Shown here: positions 58,626 to 64,000 of the stretch, in pieces
How positions within the stretch are numbered: position 1 is the first letter of the stretch
Layout of the letters: each line of letters opens with the position of its first letter
DNA from: Nitrospirota bacterium
GTDB taxonomy: Bacteria; Nitrospirota; UBA9217
NCBI GenBank assembly: GCA_963790205.1
Contig: CAWBNQ010000001.1
Location: 896,001-960,000 of the forward strand
Reading direction: 5' to 3'
Length of the DNA stretch: 64,000 nt
Translations under genes and position numbers: made by a program
Notes under the pieces: model-generated
What the model was told of the DNA's origin: nothing
The model's database searches: none
The model's input: the letters and a program-made list of their open reading frames with translations, nothing else

Positions 58626-60107
58626 ATGACAGCGAGGATGCCTGCGCTCCCCGGGCTGTGCGCCGTATTGCTATGCGGTATATACAGCTGCGCAGTGGGG
58701 CCGAATTTTGAGCGTCCCAAACCGCCGGAGATCGAGCGCTACACAACCGGGCCGACAACGACTGCGACCATAACCGCGGATGGCAAGGAGCAGCGATTTG
58801 AACCGGGCGCAAAGATCGTTTCGGACTGGTGGCGGCTTTTTAACTCGTCCGGGCTCGATGCAGCGGTAAAGGAGGCGCTGGAGAACAACCAAAACCTGCA
58901 GGCGGCGCAGGCCAGTCTGCGACAAAGCCGGGATCTTCTCCGCGTGGGCTACGGAGTATTTTACCCCGAGGTCAATGCCGGTTTCGACGCATCGCGCCAA
59001 AAGACCTCTTCAGCTGCAACGGGAGGGAATACCCCCAGCAGCATCTTTAATCTGTTCACTCTTTCGGCCACGGTGAGCTATGCTCTCAATGTTTTCGGCG
59101 GGGAACGCCGCGCCGTGGAAAGTCTCGGCGCCCAGGTGGATTTTCAACATGCCCAGGTCATGGCCACCTACATAACCCTGTCCGGCAATGTTGTGAACGC
59201 AATGATCGCCAGGGCCGCCTATCAGGAGCAGATCAAGGCTACCGAAGAATTGATCAAATTGCAGCAGGAACAGGTCAGACTGACCGAAGTGCAGGCGCAA
59301 GCGGGAACGGTCCCGTATGTAAACGTACTCAGTCTTCAGAGTCAGCTTGCCTCGCTTGAAGCAACGCTCCCGCCGCTCCGGCAGAAAATAAACCAGACCG
59401 AGCATTTGCTTGCTGCCCTGGCAGGCCGCACGCCAGCGGAGTGGGCCCCGCAGCAGGTCGCATTGGCGGACCTGACCCTGCCTGCTGAGCTGCCCATAAC
59501 TCTGCCCTCGCAGCTCGTTCGCCAGCGTCCCGACATTCTCGCGGCCGAGGCGCAGCTCCACAGTGCCAGCGCGGAAATAGGAGTGGCTACCGCGGCATTG
59601 TTCCCCAGCTTTACGTTGAACGGCGCCTACGGTACGGGAAGCAATACTTCCGGCAACCTTTTTAAAAGCAACAGCAGCTTCTGGAACATGGGCGCAAGCA
59701 TAAGCGCCCCGCTGTTCCGCGGCGGAACGTTGTGGTTCGGACGGCAGGCCGCACTCGATGCCTATCAGCTTTCTTTGGCAAATTACCGCCAAACCGTTCT
59801 GAGCGCTTTTGCCCAGGTTGCCGATACTCTGCGCGCGCTGGAACACGACGCTGAGTTGGCGCATGCCCAGTCTCAAGCGCTTACTGCGGCGGAGGAAGCG
59901 CTGCGGTTGATCCAGGCGAATTACCAGGCTGGCACGGCCAACTATGTTCAGGTCCTCGTCATAGACGGCCAGTACCAGCAGGCAAAGATCGGTTATCTCC
60001 AGGCCCTGGCCCAGCGTTATCAGGATACGGCCGCTCTCTTTGTGGCTCTCGGCGGAGGCTGGTGGAACACTGATGAAAATGTCACAAGCTCAAGCAAAGA
60101 CAAGTAA
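58626..60107 (+). CDS. NodT/TolC-family outer membrane efflux lipoprotein
   Basis: SCAVGP lipobox, WWRLF, RPDILAAE, LFVALGGGWW. Confidence 0.92.
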   Translation: MTARMPALPGLCAVLLCGIYSCAVGPNFERPKPPEIERYTTGPTTTATITADGKEQRFEPGAKIVSDWWRLFNSSGLDAAVKEALENNQNLQAAQASLRQSRDLLRVGYGVFYPEVNAGFDASRQKTSSAATGGNTPSSIFNLFTLSATVSYALNVFGGERRAVESLGAQVDFQHAQVMATYITLSGNVVNAMIARAAYQEQIKATEELIKLQQEQVRLTEVQAQAGTVPYVNVLSLQSQLASLEATLPPLRQKINQTEHLLAALAGRTPAEWAPQQVALADLTLPAELPITLPSQLVRQRPDILAAEAQLHSASAEIGVATAALFPSFTLNGAYGTGSNTSGNLFKSNSSFWNMGASISAPLFRGGTLWFGRQAALDAYQLSLANYRQTVLSAFAQVADTLRALEHDAELAHAQSQALTAAEEALRLIQANYQAGTANYVQVLVIDGQYQQAKIGYLQALAQRYQDTAALFVALGGGWWNTDENVTSSSKDK

Positions 60108-60215
60108 CACTGTTCCCGTAATAGTCTGTTCACTGCCTTTTTGACTTGTCAGCGGCATGAGATATATTTAATTCATTGCACGTGAAATTTCCTGCAAAGA
60201 GAAAGGGAGGATGTC

Positions 60216-60530
60216 ATGGTAAAACGAGACCGCATGTTCAAATTCCTGATCTGCGCCTGGTTGACAGCCTTATGCCTTGGGTGCGCAGCCACGCAGGAAC
60301 ACGAAAGTACCGGCCAGTATATCGATGACTCAGTGATCACGGCCAAGGTAAAAGCCGCAATCCTGGACGAACCCTCACTGAAAGTGTTCCAGATCAATGT
60401 CGAGACGTACCAAGGGGTGGTTCAACTAAGCGGTTTTGTCGATTCGGCACAGAGCGTCAAAAAAGCAGGAGAGGTTGCCGGCAGCGTCGCGGGCGTCAAA
60501 GAGGTAAAAAACGACCTGGTTGTAAAATAG
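60216..60530 (+). CDS. BON domain (OsmY-like) lipoprotein
   Basis: LGC lipobox, IDDSVITAKVK, GVVQLSGFV, GVKEVKNDL. Confidence 0.9.
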   Translation: MVKRDRMFKFLICAWLTALCLGCAATQEHESTGQYIDDSVITAKVKAAILDEPSLKVFQINVETYQGVVQLSGFVDSAQSVKKAGEVAGSVAGVKEVKNDLVVK

Positions 60531-60628
60531 GTGCGTTACCTCAACTGGTGTGACGACCGGCTCCGGCAGTTTTGTTTATCGATTCTGTCAAACGTTTTTA
60601 CCACGGCCCAATTCAGGAGGTGGTTGCC

Positions 60629-60919
60629 CTGAAGGACAAAAGAAAAGCGTATGAAGAAAAGCTTGATGCGCAGATGAGGGAATGGAACGCGCAGATCGCA
60701 CTGCTCAGGGCAAGGGCGGACAAGGCCAAGGCTGAGGCGAAGATCGAATACTACAAAACCATCGAAGTTTTGCAGCGCAAGCAGAATGACGCCGAGGCGA
60801 AGCTGCGGGAGTTGAAGACCGCCGGCGATGAGGCATGGGAAGACCTCAAGACAGGTGCGGAAAAAGCCTGGGCTGAAGTGAAGACCGCCTACCACGACGC
60901 GAGCTCGAGGTTCAAATGA
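60629..60919 (+). CDS. Small coiled-coil stress-type protein; probable CTG start
   Basis: AGGAGG 8 nt before CTG; KAYEEKLDAQMREWNAQI...AWEDLKTGAEKAW. Confidence 0.75.
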   Translation: MKDKRKAYEEKLDAQMREWNAQIALLRARADKAKAEAKIEYYKTIEVLQRKQNDAEAKLRELKTAGDEAWEDLKTGAEKAWAEVKTAYHDASSRFK

Positions 60920-61084
60920 GCAGGGGCGGGAAAATGGCAGAAAGAATGTCCCAAACTCGTCAATGACCTAAGCGGTGTGAAGAGCGTAAAGAACCGGAAG
61001 GCCATGGGTAGTTGAGTTCAGGTACGCATAGATTGCCGGACCGATGAGCGCGTGTGCAACGGGCTTGAGCGGAAGGAGGACCAA

Positions 61085-61234
61085 ATGTTGTGGACGATCG
61101 CTGTGGTACTGTTAATTCTGTGGCTGCTGGGGTTGGTGAGCAGTTACACGATGGGAGGGTTCATCCATATTTTGCTGGTAATCGCAATCGTTGTGGTGTT
61201 GATCAGGATCATTCAGGGACGAAAACCTTTGTAA
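61085..61234 (+). CDS. lmo0937-family small membrane protein, copy 1
   Basis: MLWTIAVVLLILWLLGLVSSYTMGGFIHILLVIA; SD AGGAGG. Confidence 0.88.
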   Translation: MLWTIAVVLLILWLLGLVSSYTMGGFIHILLVIAIVVVLIRIIQGRKPL

Positions 61235-61279
61235 ATGATTTGTCGATTATTAATTTCCCGTAGTTACATTTATTAACAT

Positions 61280-61297
61280 TGCAATCAGATGATTGCA
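61280..61297. promoter_or_regulatory. Palindromic candidate regulator binding site
   Basis: TGCAATCA-GA-TGATTGCA perfect 8-bp inverted repeat. Confidence 0.45.
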
Positions 61298-61427
61298 CAT
61301 CTAAAGACAGGAGGAGAGCATTGAAGAAGGTTCTTTTGTTGTCAGTACAGGGAAATCAGGAGTGTGAAACCCGTGAAGAGCCTCTTGCAGGTGGAAGAGA
61401 AAAAGCAGATGGATTAGGAGCATTGTC

Positions 61428-62918
61428 ATGAAAGCACTGCTCATTTATCCTGAATTCCCGGATACTTTCTGGAGTTTCCGGTATGCCCTGAAATTCATTC
61501 ACCGAAAGGCGAGCAGTCCACCCCTCGGTTTATTGACCATTGCAGCGATGCTTCCTGAAGAGTGGGAGAAAAGACTGGTCGACATGAATGTGGAAAGCCT
61601 GCATGACGACGACCTGAGATGGGCTGATCTCGTCTTTGTGAGCGCAATGTCTGTTCAGAAGGAGTCCGTGAAAGGAGTGATTGCGAGATGCAAGGCAGCC
61701 GGTGTCAGGATTGTCGCCGGCGGTCCTCTTTTCACGACCGGATATGAGACGTTCGGGGACGTAGACCACCTGGTGCTGAACGAGGCCGAAATCACCATGC
61801 GTCGTTTCCTGGAAGATTTGCGGAATGGAGCTGCAGGCCATATCTATGCCACTGATCAGTGGGCAGACATGCGGGAGACACCCATTCCCCTCTGGGGGCT
61901 GATCAATATGAAGCACTATGCCTCGATCAATATCCAGTATTCCCGGGGCTGCCCCTTCAACTGCGAGTTTTGCGATATCACCTTGATCTGCGGCCGCACG
62001 CCGCGCACAAAAGATAAAGACCAGATCATTAGAGAGCTTGAGAGTGTCTACTCGTCAGGGTTCAGGGGCCAGGTCTTCCTTGTTGACGACAATTTTATCG
62101 GGAACAAGAAAAAGCTGAAGGAGGAGGTCCTCCCTGCCGTCATCGAATGGATGAAGAGGAAAGGGCGCCCCTTCTCCTTTAATACGCAGGCCTCCATAGA
62201 ACTGTCCGATCACAAAGACCTCATGGAGATGATGGTCAGGGCAGGATTCGATGTCGTCTTCATCGGCATCGAGACCCCCCATGAGCAGAGCCTGGCGGAA
62301 TGCAGCAAATTCCAGAACAAGAACCGCGATCTTCTCGCCAGTGTCAGGAATATCCAGAAGTCCGGCCTCGAGGTCCAGGGAGGATTCATTGTCGGTTTCG
62401 ACAGCGACCCCCCTTCGATCTTCGACACCCAGATCAGGTTCATCCAGGCGAGCGGGGTCGTAACGGCCATGGTCGGCATTCTCATCGCCCTTCCGGGCAC
62501 GAAGCTCTACAAGAGACTCAAAAAGGAACACCGGCTGCTGAAAGAGACCTCGGGGAACAATACGGATTTCGCGACCAATTTTATCCCCAAAATGGACTAT
62601 GACCTGCTGGTCAACGGCTACAAAAAGGTCCTCAGCACCCTCTATTCGCCCAGACACTACTATGAAAGGGTCAGGACATTTCTGACTGAATATGTCCCCC
62701 AAAAAGGAAAAAAGATGCCCTTTCGATTTCGGCCCAGCTACCTGACCGCATTTATCAGATCGATCATTGTTCTCGGGATCATCGGGAAAGAGAGGTTCCA
62801 TTATTGGAGGCTTCTGTCCTGGACCCTGTTCAGACGTCCCAGCCTCTTTCCGCAGGCCGTCACCCTCTCGATCTACGGTTATCATTTCCGCAAGGTATTT
62901 GAGAAGCACCTTCGTTAA
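61428..62918 (+). CDS. B12-binding radical SAM protein (DUF4070 C-terminus)
   Basis: PPLGLLTIAA, VAGGP, SRGCPFNCEFC, VDDNFIG, GFIVGFD. Confidence 0.9.
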   Translation: MKALLIYPEFPDTFWSFRYALKFIHRKASSPPLGLLTIAAMLPEEWEKRLVDMNVESLHDDDLRWADLVFVSAMSVQKESVKGVIARCKAAGVRIVAGGPLFTTGYETFGDVDHLVLNEAEITMRRFLEDLRNGAAGHIYATDQWADMRETPIPLWGLINMKHYASINIQYSRGCPFNCEFCDITLICGRTPRTKDKDQIIRELESVYSSGFRGQVFLVDDNFIGNKKKLKEEVLPAVIEWMKRKGRPFSFNTQASIELSDHKDLMEMMVRAGFDVVFIGIETPHEQSLAECSKFQNKNRDLLASVRNIQKSGLEVQGGFIVGFDSDPPSIFDTQIRFIQASGVVTAMVGILIALPGTKLYKRLKKEHRLLKETSGNNTDFATNFIPKMDYDLLVNGYKKVLSTLYSPRHYYERVRTFLTEYVPQKGKKMPFRFRPSYLTAFIRSIIVLGIIGKERFHYWRLLSWTLFRRPSLFPQAVTLSIYGYHFRKVFEKHLR

Positions 62919-63295
62919 AGGTGGAAGGGAAAAACTAAAAAGGGGATAAAAAGTATGGACGCTACAGGACGGTGGAATCGGATGACCATCGAGTAGTTGA
63001 GTTCAGGTACGCATAGACTGCGATCGGGATCTTTGGGAAAACAGCCGTTGCCGGGATCCTGAAGACGACTTCCGGCTATCTTGATGTCCTCGGCTTTGCC
63101 GCCGATCAGGCGCATGGTTCTTATGTGTATGCTTGGGTTCGCTTCATAACATGGGAGACAAAACAGTGATGTGTGCAGGAGGCAACAAAATGAGTAATCC
63201 GAGTCCAAGATCAAAGAGACTACCGGATCCGCTGCCGGCTGGGCGGGAATGCGCCGGCCGGTAGTGAATCTAAAGCAAATTGAAAGGAGGATCAT

Positions 63296-63445
63296 ATGTT
63301 GTGGACGATCGCTGTAATACTGGTAATTCTGTGGGCACTCGGGCTGGTGAGCAGCTATACGATGGGTGGGTTCATCCATATTTTGCTTGTGATCGCAATT
63401 GTTGTGGTGTTGATCAGAGTCATTCAGGGGCGTAAAATCCTTTAG
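63296..63445 (+). CDS. lmo0937-family small membrane protein, copy 2 (absent from ORF track)
   Basis: MLWTIAVILVILWALGLVSSYTMGGFIHILLVIAIVVVLIRVIQGRKIL; SD AGGAGG. Confidence 0.88.
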   Translation: MLWTIAVILVILWALGLVSSYTMGGFIHILLVIAIVVVLIRVIQGRKIL

Positions 63446-63609
63446 CCGATGAGAAGTCATAAGCCCGACCCGGATGAGACCGCTTGTGCGCGCATGAGAG
63501 GGTATTATTAAGGGGTCTATCCTTGACAGGCTGTTGAAAAACACTGAAAAACACCACTTCAGCTAACCACTGTTCTTTCGCGCACCAATGATCGAGGAGA
63601 ACTTTGTCC

Positions 63610-64000
63610 ATGACTGACCAGAGCAATTCTCAACGGGGAATCCGCTTCCTCGTCATCATCGCTGCGCTCGTGATCATCATCTGGGGCATCAATCAGGCGC
63701 AGTCGGTCCTGGTGTCGTTCCTCGTCGCCGTTTTCCTCGCCGTCATCGGGACGCCGCCGGTACTCTGGCTCGAGCGGAAACGCATTCCTTCCGTTGTTGC
63801 GGTGCTCCTCGTGATGGCCGGCATGATCACCATCCTGCTGATCATCGGCGGTCTTGTAGGCACGTCCCTCAACAGCTTTATCAATGCCCTGCCTTCATAT
63901 CAACAACGCATCCAGGAACAAGTCTCGGCACTCAAAGCGCTGCTGGCAAAGAAAGGCCTCCAGCTCACGGACAAGATGCTGCTCGAGTATGTCAATCCGA
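63610..64000 (+). CDS. AI-2E family transporter (3'-truncated by window edge)
   Basis: SD GAGGAG; FLVAVFLAVIGTPPVLWLERKRIPSVVAVLLV...LPSYQQR. Confidence 0.8.
   Translation, partial: MTDQSNSQRGIRFLVIIAALVIIIWGINQAQSVLVSFLVAVFLAVIGTPPVLWLERKRIPSVVAVLLVMAGMITILLIIGGLVGTSLNSFINALPSYQQRIQEQVSALKALLAKKGLQLTDKMLLEYVNP

Overview
GC-rich bacterial chromosomal window. The gene content (AhbD-type heme synthase, DsrC-like protein, sigma-54 regulators, short PutA, short S1 paralog) suggests an anaerobe of Nitrospirota/Desulfobacterota type; this is inferred, and no database searches were run. About 60 CDS: a 5'-truncated NHL/FN3/transglutaminase-like/TPR protein, ampG, nagA, gph, ahbD, a TlpA-CcmH-like fusion with an ABC-2 transporter, greB, rsmE, a GlrK/QseG/GlrR-like system followed by a sigma-54 promoter and three uncharacterised genes, arfB, uup, a Cys-PAS chemoreceptor, dusB, the ffh-rpsP-rimM-trmD-rplS-rnhB-yraN block, hicBA, rimO, an S1 paralog, putA, and a terminal stress/efflux island. 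No rRNA, tRNA, CRISPR array or intact transposase was seen. The most striking unannotated signals are: (1) a dozen or more intergenic palindromes built from 6-9 nt periodic units, three of one 7-nt subfamily lying immediately upstream of rpsP, rplS and the S1 gene; (2) many apparently leaderless genes; (3) five single-base frameshifts between 31 and 39 kb; (4) several gene-fragment scars and two likely non-canonical start codons.
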